From positions 18,294 through 82,293 of the IMG/VR virus record IMGVR_UViG_2561511114_000002: DNA of 64,000 nucleotides. One strand, given 5' to 3'. The stretch comes from a virus (lineage: Duplodnaviria > Caudoviricetes). How positions within the stretch are numbered: position 1 is the first letter of the stretch; every line of letters begins with the position of its first letter. Positions 31,127 to 40,735 of the stretch are shown here, piece after piece. The position numbers were made by a program, and so were the translations under genes. The notes beneath the pieces were generated by a model. That model searched no databases, was not told the DNA's origin, and was given only the letters and a program-made list of their open reading frames with translations.

Positions 31127-31387
31127 ATGACGCACGACTACCTGATCTCACTGATTCGCACCGCCGTCCCCGCCGCCGTCGGCGCCCTCCTCGCCTGGCT
31201 CGCCTCACAGGCGGGGATCGTCCTCGACGGCGACTCGTCCACCGCCCTCACCGCAGGCGTGGTCGCGTTGGCGATGGCCGGCTACTACGCCCTCGTCCGG
31301 GTGGCCGAGGCACGCTGGCCGTGGCTGGGCGTCCTGCTGGGTACGCCGGCCGCACCCGCCTACGAGGCGCTGGCGCGGCGGCAGTAG
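31127..31387 (+). CDS. Holin
   Basis: AGGAGG RBS; two TM helices; IRT.VP...YY.LVR..E..WP..G.LLG. Confidence 0.8.
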   Translation: MTHDYLISLIRTAVPAAVGALLAWLASQAGIVLDGDSSTALTAGVVALAMAGYYALVRVAEARWPWLGVLLGTPAAPAYEALARRQ

Positions 31388-31531
31388 TCCTGCCGGCCCA
31401 GCCACACCCAGTGGCTCTGCTACTCCGCTGCGCAGCCGCGGAGTAGCCACCAGCCCGAAGGAGCGGCGCGCGGAATACGGGCGGCGTTGTCACCGGCATC
31501 ACGCAGGGATGAAGCACGCACTCTCACGTGT

Positions 31532-31567
31532 GTCCCCCGACTCAACTGCCTGGTTGAGTCGGGGGAC
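31532..31567. terminator. Hairpin terminator between convergent genes
   Basis: GTCCCCCGACTCAAC...GTTGAGTCGGGGGAC. Confidence 0.75.
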
Positions 31568-31588
31568 TCATGTTTGCGCGTGGCGGGC

Positions 31589-32827
31589 TTAGGGAACGAT
31601 GATCACCTGGTATGCCTCACTGTCGAGAATGCGGTCGGACTGCACTGCTCGCCCCAGTTCGAGACCGGCAGCTTTGTTGTCGGCGTTGTCGACATGAGCC
31701 CGTATGCAGGGCGCGGTGCGCGGGCCATCCCGGTCGACGGTGACGTTCTCGATGTCCCATACGCCGTTTACCTGGCGTGGGGTGATGTCCACACATTGGG
31801 TACCGGGATTCCCGCCCTCGTGGGACGAGGCGAAGGGATACTCCTCACAGGAGTCGTTGAGGACACCGGTGGCCCCCCGCGGGAAGGGGTCCGGTGCAAG
31901 GTCACAGGTCAGGGCGCGCGCCTTTTTGTTTCCGGGGTCAAGAGGGTCGTCACGCCGAGACAGCGGGTTGTCGGCGTCGCCGAATCTGCCCAGGAGATTC
32001 TTCTGCGCCCACTCGTAGGCGACGGCCGACCCCCGGTATTTCGCTCTGCTGAACGTCACGTTGGCCAGGTGGCCCGTGACGATGCAGCCGGGGTGGCCGA
32101 CCTCATCGTCACAGCGCACCTCGGGTCCGGTCCACTGGACGTGGCTTTTCACGGGAGTTTCGGTGTAGACGTTCGCTATCGCGTGGTAGGTGGGACGAAT
32201 GAATGAGTGGAACCCTTTGCCGACGGTCGAGGTATAGGTGAGAGTGCCGCCCTCCCTGTACTCGCCAGCACGCAGGATGATGTGTTCACCCCCCCAGGCC
32301 GGTGGCCCCGCAACGCACTGGCCGCTGCAGGTGGAGCTAAGGGACAGCACCACGCCGGTAATTTCGCCCGTCATCTCGGTGACTTCGACAATGATGTCCT
32401 CCGACCATCGTGCGTTGGTCAGGGAGGCCATGGATGCCACGGCAAAGACCATGACCGTGGCCGTGCCGATCACCTCAGTCAACTCTGCGTTCATGAGCAC
32501 GTAGTCGACCGCATACCGCGTGCAGTACGCCTTACGGGTGGAGTTGACACCCTCGCTGGTGTCGTCGTCGGTGCAGAGGTCCGCGCCCGGGTTGCCGGTG
32601 CCGGCGGTGGCACGGGCGGGGGCGCCGTCGGCGGGTCCTGAACTGATGCAGGTCCAGGCCGCGCCTCGGCGCTGGAGTTCGGAGCCAGGGGCGACGGCCA
32701 CGCAGTCGCCGTGGCCCTGCGGAGCCGTCCGGTTCGCGGGCGGTGCAGCGGCAGCCGGTGTGGTGCACAGGGCTGCGGTGAGGGCGAGTGAGGCTATCGC
32801 CGCCAAGCCGCGTCTGACGTGCTTCAA
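31589..32827 (-). CDS. Secreted NucA/NucB-type deoxyribonuclease
   Basis: Signal peptide; C-terminal SCEEYPFASSHEGG...N..AG. Confidence 0.82.
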   Translation of the reverse strand: MKHVRRGLAAIASLALTAALCTTPAAAAPPANRTAPQGHGDCVAVAPGSELQRRGAAWTCISSGPADGAPARATAGTGNPGADLCTDDDTSEGVNSTRKAYCTRYAVDYVLMNAELTEVIGTATVMVFAVASMASLTNARWSEDIIVEVTEMTGEITGVVLSLSSTCSGQCVAGPPAWGGEHIILRAGEYREGGTLTYTSTVGKGFHSFIRPTYHAIANVYTETPVKSHVQWTGPEVRCDDEVGHPGCIVTGHLANVTFSRAKYRGSAVAYEWAQKNLLGRFGDADNPLSRRDDPLDPGNKKARALTCDLAPDPFPRGATGVLNDSCEEYPFASSHEGGNPGTQCVDITPRQVNGVWDIENVTVDRDGPRTAPCIRAHVDNADNKAAGLELGRAVQSDRILDSEAYQVIIVP

Positions 32828-33027
32828 GAGATGGTCCCTTCCCCTCAGAGGCCCTTTTTACGGGCACACCGGGCTATATGGAACCGCACGACTCCCGTTC
32901 ATGACTGCCGGGAACGCGACAGTCCTTAATGAAATCGGGGGGCGTTGTGGGGTCGCCCTGCCGCCACCGGCGGCACTATCCTCACTCACGATCATCTCAC
33001 AACCACGCACGGTAGGGGAATGCAACG

Positions 33028-34275
33028 ATGCGTCGCACAAGAACCCGCTTGGGAAGAGGACTCGGAGCACTCACAGCCATCGCGACAGCCACCGTGGGTC
33101 TGTCCGCCCCCACTGCCGCCGCCGCACCGGCCGCCATGCAGACGGTCCAGCTCGGTCAGGCATGCACCGCAGCCGACCTCGGCAAGCGCCACCCAGTCAT
33201 CGAAACCACCGAAGTCTCACCGACGATCACCCACTTCAAGGGCTGGTACATCACCGAAGGCACGACTGGCTCCCAAACCATCTCCACCAACACCCAAACC
33301 AGCATCTCGGTCTCCGTCGGCTTCAACGGCAATGTGCAGGGCAGCTTCGCCGTCGAGGCCCTCGGCAGCGTTGGCGCGAGCCTGGGCTTGAACGTGCAGG
33401 TCAACTACACCTCCACCAGCAGCGAATCGAACACCGTGTCCTGGAACTTCTTCCAGCCCGGCTACTACGGGGTCTACAAGGGCACGAGGAAGGTGACCGG
33501 CACCTACGGCAGTCTCAACTGCAACCGTGTTCAACAAGGCGACGGCGAGTACGCGTTACAGTGGGTCAAAGGCCCCGCCAGCGGCAGCTACACGACCTAC
33601 ACCACCATCGAGGAAGGCGCGGTGCGCTGCCAGGACGATGTCCCCGCCACCAGCATCATGCGCAAGGCGCAGGACCTGCTCGACTGCGGCTCCGCCACCG
33701 CCACCGCGAAGCACCCGGCCGGACCGGTCCCCTCGGCGAAGGCCGCCAAGGCCAGGCACGAAGCCGAGAAGGCCGCCAAGGCTGAGAAGAGCGTGAAAGC
33801 CAGCAGGAGCCCGGCCCCCGCCACGCAGGCTGCCCTAAGCTGCCAATCCGCCGACAAGATCCACGTGCCCGGCAGGAGTCTGAACTGGAGTGCGCCGCTT
33901 CTGTCCAACGACGGCATCCGGCTACGCGTGTCCACAATTTTCAGCAACCACTTCGACTACTGGTATCTGTGCGACGTGACGGAGAACAACGGGCTCATCG
34001 AGGCGACCCTGAGGAACTGGGGCAACGGCAAATGCGCGACCATCCCAGCGGAGATCGCTAACCAGGAGCGGGCCTACCTGACGACAGTCACCTGCGGGGA
34101 GGACGACCTCCAGCGGTTCTACATCTACCGCGACGTACCGGGCAGCTCAAAGATCGGTCTGCAGAACAAGTACACCGGCTCCATGATGGGACACGACCGA
34201 TACGCAGACGGAGAGTTGATCCGCCAATACTCCAGCGGCAGACAAGACGGCACCGGCACTTACACCCTGGTATAG
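33028..34275 (+). CDS. Secreted protein with Ser/Thr-rich beta-hairpin N-domain and ricin-B-like lectin C-domain
   Basis: Signal peptide; alternating Ser/Thr-hydrophobic strands; LRNWGNGKCA...C..DDLQRF...LQNKYTG. Confidence 0.7.
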   Translation: MRRTRTRLGRGLGALTAIATATVGLSAPTAAAAPAAMQTVQLGQACTAADLGKRHPVIETTEVSPTITHFKGWYITEGTTGSQTISTNTQTSISVSVGFNGNVQGSFAVEALGSVGASLGLNVQVNYTSTSSESNTVSWNFFQPGYYGVYKGTRKVTGTYGSLNCNRVQQGDGEYALQWVKGPASGSYTTYTTIEEGAVRCQDDVPATSIMRKAQDLLDCGSATATAKHPAGPVPSAKAAKARHEAEKAAKAEKSVKASRSPAPATQAALSCQSADKIHVPGRSLNWSAPLLSNDGIRLRVSTIFSNHFDYWYLCDVTENNGLIEATLRNWGNGKCATIPAEIANQERAYLTTVTCGEDDLQRFYIYRDVPGSSKIGLQNKYTGSMMGHDRYADGELIRQYSSGRQDGTGTYTLV

Positions 34276-34300
34276 ACCTAACCGCCAACCAACCGTAACC

Positions 34301-34336
34301 GCTCGGGCCTTAACCAATTCCGGCTAGGGCCCGAGC
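34301..34336 (+). terminator. Hairpin terminator after the lectin gene
   Basis: GCTCGGGCC...GGCCCGAGC. Confidence 0.65.
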
Positions 34337-34564
34337 CGCATGTGGCAGGCGGGCGGCGCGTGCGCTACCTGACCCCTCTGAGCCGGGAAGCGTCACGAGC
34401 AGCTTGACACCCACCAGCACAGAGCGCATACCGTTACCACGGCACAGCTGGAGTCACACCGCGAAGATGGCCTCTCGTCACCACGCCACGCCCATTCGTA
34501 TGAGGGCAGGGTAGGATCGTCGATGCGGTGCCGCCGGTGACGTCCCGGCCGGCGCCGACCAACA

Positions 34565-34614
34565 ACACGAAGCGCCCCACCCGGCCTCACGGCCGCGCGG
34601 GGCGCTTCGCGTGT
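34565..34614. repeat. Hairpin family copy A
   Basis: CGCCCC..CGGCCTCACGGCC..GGGGCG; related copies at 59623, 60832 and 62822. Confidence 0.7.
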
Positions 34615-34676
34615 GGAGTCGTTAGCGGCGGTCGTCGCGGACCTGATAGTGCCGCCTGTACGGCGACTGTGATGCG

Positions 34677-35390
34677 TTACCGGCGTCGACGTCGGCGACG
34701 CTTTGGCTTACGCCTGTGACGGCGCAGCCACAGCAGACCGAGCGAGGCGAGGGTCGCGGCCGCAGCCGCATTACGCGAACCCACCCAGCCGGTCCACGCC
34801 TCTCCCGCCGCCAGCCACATGCCGGCGAACAGGGCCAGCCACACGGCCGACCACGCCGCGAGCAGCGCACGCCGCCGCAGCCACCACCGGCGCAGCGACG
34901 ACCGTGACCGGGACGGACGCCGCGCACCCGAGGACACCCGCTGCGGCGCACGCTGCCGGGGCACCCGGTTCCGCTGCTGCGTCCAGCCCGGCTCACGGTT
35001 ACGGCGGTGCTGCTGCGCCCGGAAGATCTCGATGCGGGCCGGGTTGGTGAGATTGTGGTCGTAGTTGTAGCGGGGCCGCTGACGTGGCCCGTCCGGCACT
35101 ACCGACGCGCCGTGGCGGATCCACCACTGCTCCCGGGCATCCAGGGTGGCGTCGTCCCACTGGCCCTCCTCAAGGACGAACGCTCCGCCCACGATCAGGT
35201 CGGAGAACGGCTGGCTGGCACGGTGCTGCTGTTCGCGTTGCCACGCTGTTTGCCGCGACTGGCCGATGTAGCCGACCTCGGGTGCGGCACCGGGGATGGG
35301 TGCGCCGTTGGCGTCGACTGGGCGGGTGAGGACGCAGTACACGACACCGCGGCGACGTTCACCTGCCAGACGCTGCCGCTGCACAGTCAC
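34677..35390 (-). CDS. GIY-YIG-like nuclease with C-terminal TM helices
   Basis: GVVYCV...GYIGQS...R..QH...E..WI...PRYN followed by two hydrophobic helices. Confidence 0.72.
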   Translation of the reverse strand: MTVQRQRLAGERRRGVVYCVLTRPVDANGAPIPGAAPEVGYIGQSRQTAWQREQQHRASQPFSDLIVGGAFVLEEGQWDDATLDAREQWWIRHGASVVPDGPRQRPRYNYDHNLTNPARIEIFRAQQHRRNREPGWTQQRNRVPRQRAPQRVSSGARRPSRSRSSLRRWWLRRRALLAAWSAVWLALFAGMWLAAGEAWTGWVGSRNAAAAATLASLGLLWLRRHRRKPKRRRRRRR

Positions 35391-37840
35391 CGCTCCGACT
35401 CCTCCGCGCCCTCAGCCAACTGGGACAGCAGATCCTCCTGAACGTGCTCACAGATCTGGTAGAGGCCATGCTTCGGCTTGAACGCGTACTGGTCCTTCTC
35501 CACCAGTTCGCGCAGCACCTTCCGCGCCATCGACACCGAACACCGCAAGCCACGGGCACGCATCGGCTTCAACGCTTCATCGATCGCTTCGATGTCCATC
35601 GGCCCGCCGTTGGTGAAAAGAACCGACGCCACCGCTTCCTTCGCCCCGCTCACGTCGGCGTCACCAACGGTCGCTGCCTGCGCGGCCACCGCCGTCGCAC
35701 CCGATGACCATTGACCGGGGGGACGTCCGCCAATCTGCTTACCGGCTTCCGCCCACGCCACCCACTCCGGGCCGAACGCCTCCAACGTCTCCGGTGGCAG
35801 CTCAGCCGGGTAGCCAATCGGATTGTTGTCGTCATCGAACAGCAGGTCGTACACGTTCATCGGCGCGTCCTCGTCCGCCGGTATGTACGACTGGCGGGCA
35901 TGCATCGTCTGCTGCTCCCCGTCCGCCACCAGGCACATCCCGGGCAGCTTCGGCAACTGACGCGGGTCGGCGGTCAACATGCCACCGGTGACAACGGAGG
36001 TGAGGCCGTCCGTGGTGCGCCCGAGCAGGGCATAGCCGCCCGCGAGCATGTCCCGTAGACCCCGCGAGCCGGTGTCGCCGAGGGTTCCCATGTGGGTGCC
36101 GATGGTGATGCGGATGCCGCAGGCGCGCATCTTCCTGGCCATCAGTTCCAGTGGGCCGATGAACTCCTTGTCCGTGGCGATCTCGTGGAACTCGTCGATG
36201 GTCCACGACAGCACTGGCCCGTGGACTCGCGGATCCCAGTCGATGCCGCCTTCGCGTAGGCGACCCTTCCGGTCGCGCCACTGGTGGGACGAGATCATGT
36301 CGTAGCGGCGGTCCAGCTCGCGCATCAGCGCGTCCCGCATTATGTAGGCGTCCTCGACGGTGCAGCCGGCGGCGTGCACGGCTCGGCGGAATTCGCCGTA
36401 CGAGGCGTAGCGCTTGAAGTCGTGCAGGAACGAGGCGAACAGTCCGTGCTTCTGCCCCGTCGTCGGGTCGGTGTGGGCGAACCAGCGTTCGATAACGAGC
36501 TGCTTGCGCAGGTTTTCTGACTTACCGGAACCGGTGGTGCCGGTGACGATCTTCGACGGGGAACCCCAGCCGTACTTGATGAACGGCTCCCACATGTGGG
36601 AGCCGTCGATGAAGTAGCCGGTCAGCGCCACACCGCGCTCGACGTCGATGGAGTCCGGACCCGCCCATAGTTTGGCCTGGGCGAGCGGCGGGTTCGGCTG
36701 CACCAGCATCAGCACGTCGTTGGGGTCGTCCTGCTCCACGAAGTTAAAAAACTTGCGGTTTACGCCGAATGTGCCGGCGATCACCCGCAGCCTGCCCTTC
36801 GCGGACTGGTCGGTGAGCATGTCGATCGCGACCGCCCCCGGCTTGGTGGCGTGGATGATGATGCCCCATCCGCCTACGACCTCCCGATACGACTCGGGTA
36901 GCAGGATCGTGTTCGGCACCGCACCGTTTGGGTCGTCGGCAACCCACCGCTGGGCTGCCGCGACCCCGGGTGGACGGTCCACCATCTGCGGCTGAGGTGT
37001 CACCTCGACGGGCGTTTCGGCTGGCTTGGCATCAGCGGTCCGCGTTGAATCGGTGTGCGCCAGATAGGGGCGAGAACCGACGACAGCCAGGCCAGCGAGC
37101 AGCCCACCAAACAGGGCAACACCCCCGGGACTACTGGTCCAGTCCGCGATGTCGCCGGCACGTTCCCACCCGACAGCCGCAGCGGCCGTGTACGCGGCGG
37201 CACGGGCACGCCTCGCAGCCAACCGGCGACGTCGCTTCCCTGCCACCTCATCGGCCGGATCGAATCGGTTGTGTTTGACGTCGTCGCGCAACAGCCACCA
37301 GTTCGTCACCCGGTAGACGGCCCACGCGGCGCCGGGCAGCAGCGACCACTCGGCCAGTTCCATCCACCACGGCAGATCGGCGCGGTCGTTGACAGCCCCC
37401 GCTACCCCCACGGCTACGGCGACACCGGCGACGCGGATTCGCTCGTCAGCGGCGTTCCATACCCGTCGCCACGGAAGACCGCCCCGCGGCTTCGACTCGT
37501 TCTCGGCGGTCATCTCGCAGCCGTGATCCGGGCAGTAGCGGGTCGCCGTATCAGGCAGCAGCCACATGATCCGGTCACAGGGCGCCACCTGCATTGACGG
37601 CGGTCGTCCATCCTCGGTTTCGATCATGGTTTCGATGCGGCCACGGGAGCAGCGGTGCCGAATGTGGGCGGTACGCCGGTTGTCGGCGTCCACCGGCACC
37701 GGATACGGCGACTGGCGGGGAATGCCGTCCGCGTCGAGCCATACCCGCGCCCACCCGGACGCCCCGTCCAGCGGTGGCATCCGCCCACCCGCCGCGGGTC
37801 GTGGCGGCAGCGGAACTGGCCTCACCTCAGTAGTCGTCAT
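35387..37840 (-). CDS. FtsK/SpoIIIE-family DNA translocase (TraB-like)
   Basis: TM region, Walker A GTTGSGKS, Walker B TIDEFH, ARKMRACGI, C-terminal winged-helix-like segment. Confidence 0.82.
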   Translation of the reverse strand: MTTTEVRPVPLPPRPAAGGRMPPLDGASGWARVWLDADGIPRQSPYPVPVDADNRRTAHIRHRCSRGRIETMIETEDGRPPSMQVAPCDRIMWLLPDTATRYCPDHGCEMTAENESKPRGGLPWRRVWNAADERIRVAGVAVAVGVAGAVNDRADLPWWMELAEWSLLPGAAWAVYRVTNWWLLRDDVKHNRFDPADEVAGKRRRRLAARRARAAAYTAAAAVGWERAGDIADWTSSPGGVALFGGLLAGLAVVGSRPYLAHTDSTRTADAKPAETPVEVTPQPQMVDRPPGVAAAQRWVADDPNGAVPNTILLPESYREVVGGWGIIIHATKPGAVAIDMLTDQSAKGRLRVIAGTFGVNRKFFNFVEQDDPNDVLMLVQPNPPLAQAKLWAGPDSIDVERGVALTGYFIDGSHMWEPFIKYGWGSPSKIVTGTTGSGKSENLRKQLVIERWFAHTDPTTGQKHGLFASFLHDFKRYASYGEFRRAVHAAGCTVEDAYIMRDALMRELDRRYDMISSHQWRDRKGRLREGGIDWDPRVHGPVLSWTIDEFHEIATDKEFIGPLELMARKMRACGIRITIGTHMGTLGDTGSRGLRDMLAGGYALLGRTTDGLTSVVTGGMLTADPRQLPKLPGMCLVADGEQQTMHARQSYIPADEDAPMNVYDLLFDDDNNPIGYPAELPPETLEAFGPEWVAWAEAGKQIGGRPPGQWSSGATAVAAQAATVGDADVSGAKEAVASVLFTNGGPMDIEAIDEALKPMRARGLRCSVSMARKVLRELVEKDQYAFKPKHGLYQICEHVQEDLLSQLAEGAEESER

Positions 37841-37934
37841 CAGCAGTCACTTCCCTCGGTTGGGCCGAGTTCCGGCGGTTACGGCACAGGCCGGAAGCAT
37901 GGAGCCGCCGGCCTGCACCGATGGGGCCGGACTC

Positions 37935-39431
37935 TCAGTGCTCCTCCAACACCCGCGCGTCCACACCTGTCTCCTGCACTGCCGCCGCAGCCTCCCCGTA
38001 CTGCGACTTGATGTGCTGCAACGACGCCTGCACCGACTCGAGGGAGGCGTCTAGTTCGGCCTGCCACTGCTGGTTGCGGTCGCGGGCGGCCTCGATGTGC
38101 TCCTGCACTTCGGCGATGGTGCCGGCGGTGAGGGTGGTGGCGGCCTCCGCCGAACCCTGGGTGGCGTCGCCCCCGTACCGGGAGGCTTCCAGCCCTTCGG
38201 CGAGCGGCGCGAGGGCGTTAGTGACTTCGGACCGGTTGCCGTCCATGGCTTCGACGGCGGCGGCGACAGCGGTGATGTGCTGTTCGAATGCGGCAGCCTC
38301 GGCCTGCTGGGCGCGCAGCTTGGCCAGGGCGGTCTCGTGTCCGGTGACAGCCTGGTTGTAGGTGACCAGGTCGCTGGTGTTGGCCATGATGGTTCCTCCG
38401 TTATCGCAGTTGCTGTCGGTGCGGCTGGCTTCGCGGTGTCGCATGGCCCGCACCTCGGCGGTCATGGCTACCGCCTCGCTGACGGCCTCTGGGTGGATGT
38501 GGGGGAATTGCCGACGCACGGCGGTCTCGGCGGCGGCAATGTCGCCGGGCTGCTGGAGGGCCTCGTGGGCGGCCCGGACGATGTCGTCGTGCTGGGGCAT
38601 CCACCCGCCGGGCGGGGCGGGAGTGTGGGTGGCGTCGGCGGCGGCCTGCTCGTACACGTAGTCCGGGTACTGGTCACCGAACGCTGCGCGCAGGCCGCGG
38701 GCGGTTTCGGTTTCTCCCAGCGCACCGCTGTAGCCGCGTTCGCGGTTTACCCGGTACAGGTCTGCGGCGGCGACGCTGACCTGCGACGGCACGTGGTGGC
38801 CGCCGTCGGCCCGCCGGGCGGTGTGGCACGTCGATTCGGCCGGATGCATCCACGACCCGTCGCCCGCGGTGAGGGTGTCACCGCACACGGGGCAGGCGGT
38901 GCGGGGTGCGTCCGATACTGGCTGCTCGTCGACCACGGCGGGGGCGGCAGGTTGCGGCTGCTGGTTGTCTCCCACCGGATCGATGAGGGTGCGCCACGCC
39001 CTGCCGGCCATGCCCCGCTTTTCGCGGCTGGCCTGCACCTTCCGCCGCACGGCGGCGTCGATGCGCCCCTCCGGGGCACGTTGACCGTCTGGGCCGACCG
39101 GGGGCCGGGCAGCGCGTTTGGCGTGCCGCTTCTCCAACTGGTCTTCCCACAGCCCGTGGTAGACGTCCGACAGGTAGGCGCCCAGGCCGGGCCGGTATTC
39201 GCCGGTGCCACCAGCCTGACGGTTACGGCGAGCTCGGGTGGCCTTCCACGCCCTCGCGACAGCCTCGCGGCGGGCCGACGCGAGGGCGGCCTTGCGGTCC
39301 CGCTGTTTGTCGATCAGCCCCCACTCTCCGGCCTTGGCGGCCTTCAGGGTGGTGACGGCGTCGGCGACGACACCGGGGATGGTCATCGCCCACAGGGACA
39401 CAACCATTGCCCCCAAAATCAGCTCGATCAT
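37935..39431 (-). CDS. Membrane-anchored protein with helical C-domain (internal start at 38387)
   Basis: N-terminal TM, CPVC motif, in-frame GGAGG+ATG giving a 150-aa helical product. Confidence 0.7.
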   Translation of the reverse strand: MIELILGAMVVSLWAMTIPGVVADAVTTLKAAKAGEWGLIDKQRDRKAALASARREAVARAWKATRARRNRQAGGTGEYRPGLGAYLSDVYHGLWEDQLEKRHAKRAARPPVGPDGQRAPEGRIDAAVRRKVQASREKRGMAGRAWRTLIDPVGDNQQPQPAAPAVVDEQPVSDAPRTACPVCGDTLTAGDGSWMHPAESTCHTARRADGGHHVPSQVSVAAADLYRVNRERGYSGALGETETARGLRAAFGDQYPDYVYEQAAADATHTPAPPGGWMPQHDDIVRAAHEALQQPGDIAAAETAVRRQFPHIHPEAVSEAVAMTAEVRAMRHREASRTDSNCDNGGTIMANTSDLVTYNQAVTGHETALAKLRAQQAEAAAFEQHITAVAAAVEAMDGNRSEVTNALAPLAEGLEASRYGGDATQGSAEAATTLTAGTIAEVQEHIEAARDRNQQWQAELDASLESVQASLQHIKSQYGEAAAAVQETGVDARVLEEH

Positions 39432-39434
39432 CGG

Positions 39435-39812
39435 CTATCGGCCCATCCGTGACGACGCGTCGGTGCGGGTCGACACGAGGAACGAGATCGCCACGGCCGC
39501 GAGGGCAAGGCCGATGGTGCTGGTGCCCACCCAGTCACCCATGTGGTCCGACGCCCAACCCCACAGGTCACCGAGCTTGTCGCTGATCCAGGCGGGAAAC
39601 GATCCGTCGATGGACACGAGTAGGGACGGCAGGACGAACGCGCCGATGACGGCGTACTGGTCGGGCTTGCGGTCCTTGGCGACGTCGATGCCGATAATGA
39701 TCAGGGCACTTAACACGGCGATGATCATTACGGCGGAGGCGAGACCGACACCGACCAGGCCGGCGCCGCCGATGATGGCGATGACGAAACCGATCCACGC
39801 GAGAGCCTTCAT
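39435..39812 (-). CDS. Multi-TM membrane protein (Spd-like)
   Basis: About four hydrophobic helices; GAAGGAGG RBS. Confidence 0.75.
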   Translation of the reverse strand: MKALAWIGFVIAIIGGAGLVGVGLASAVMIIAVLSALIIIGIDVAKDRKPDQYAVIGAFVLPSLLVSIDGSFPAWISDKLGDLWGWASDHMGDWVGTSTIGLALAAVAISFLVSTRTDASSRMGR

Positions 39813-39830
39813 GTGTTCCTCCTTCGGGGG

Positions 39831-40247
39831 TTAGCGGATGGCGGCGGCGACGCCGACGCTGGTGGCGATGAACAGGGGCCCGCGTACGGGGTGGATGAGC
39901 ATCCACTTGGCGGAGTCGAGGGCGGCGGCGGCGGCGACCGCCGGGTAGCGGTAGGCGCGGCACCACCGCCGGTACGGTGCAAACTCGGGCGTGGTGGCGC
40001 TGTAGTCGGTGCGCCACACCACGCGAATCGATGGCGTGGACTCGCGGACGATCCACGAGTCGGCCGCATCCAGGTACATGACCCGGCCGACACGCCGTGC
40101 CGCGACGACGGGACGGGCTGTCCTGAGTCGCCTTACACGGTTACGGCGGGTTACACTCGGCTTGACTCTCGCGCGCGCAGACGCGCGCGGGCTGTCCGAT
40201 CCGCCGACGGCACTGACATCTGACAGTGTCACAACACTCTCCGTCAC
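39831..40247 (-). CDS. Hypothetical basic protein
   Basis: Coupled within the minus-strand operon. Confidence 0.55.
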   Translation of the reverse strand: MTESVVTLSDVSAVGGSDSPRASARARVKPSVTRRNRVRRLRTARPVVAARRVGRVMYLDAADSWIVRESTPSIRVVWRTDYSATTPEFAPYRRWCRAYRYPAVAAAAALDSAKWMLIHPVRGPLFIATSVGVAAAIR

Positions 40248-40459
40248 GGTCGGCTCTTTTCGTTCAGGTCGCGGGCAACCCGCGTGATCGCCTCCACGAC
40301 CCCGTCAACATCGGCCCGTCGCATGGCCCGCGCCTCCGACATCACCCACTCCAGGGCGTGCCGCAGACGCTCGTACGGGGACTCGGCAGCGGCGATACGA
40401 CCGACGCTCCATGTGGTCCGGTTGTCGGCGGCGGCCCGCAGGGATTTGACCGACATCAC
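40244..40459 (-). CDS. Small hypothetical protein
   Basis: Overlapping start/stop with both neighbours. Confidence 0.6.
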   Translation of the reverse strand: MMSVKSLRAAADNRTTWSVGRIAAAESPYERLRHALEWVMSEARAMRRADVDGVVEAITRVARDLNEKSRP

Positions 40460-40713
40460 GCCTCCACCGGCGCGCTGAACTGGAAAAACGGCTCCCGGTC
40501 GACGTGTTCGCCCCGAATCTGGTGCAGGTCCACGTGGTACAGGTGCGTTTCCCGACGGTGGACGCCGTCGCGCTCGGCGACAGCGATCAGGTGCCTCGTG
40601 AGCAGGTCGTTGACGCTGGCCGGATCGTCGAGGTCGAGGGTGACGAGCAGCCGCCCCGTGGTGCGGACGGGCCGGTCACCTCGGAACGCTCGCAACTCGT
40701 ACAGCTTCGGCAT
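40456..40713 (-). CDS. Small hypothetical protein
   Basis: GAAAGGAAG RBS; coupled. Confidence 0.62.
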   Translation of the reverse strand: MPKLYELRAFRGDRPVRTTGRLLVTLDLDDPASVNDLLTRHLIAVAERDGVHRRETHLYHVDLHQIRGEHVDREPFFQFSAPVEA

Positions 40714-40735
40714 CGATCTTCCTTTCTTCCACTGG

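Larger units (their letters stand above)
1..31387 (+). mobile_element. Siphovirus-type prophage arm (replication/methylation, packaging, head, tail, lysis); extends left of the window
   Basis: Co-oriented genes in canonical order: DnaB, terminase, portal, MuF, protease, capsid, tail, tape measure, fibre, endolysin, holin. Confidence 0.95.
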
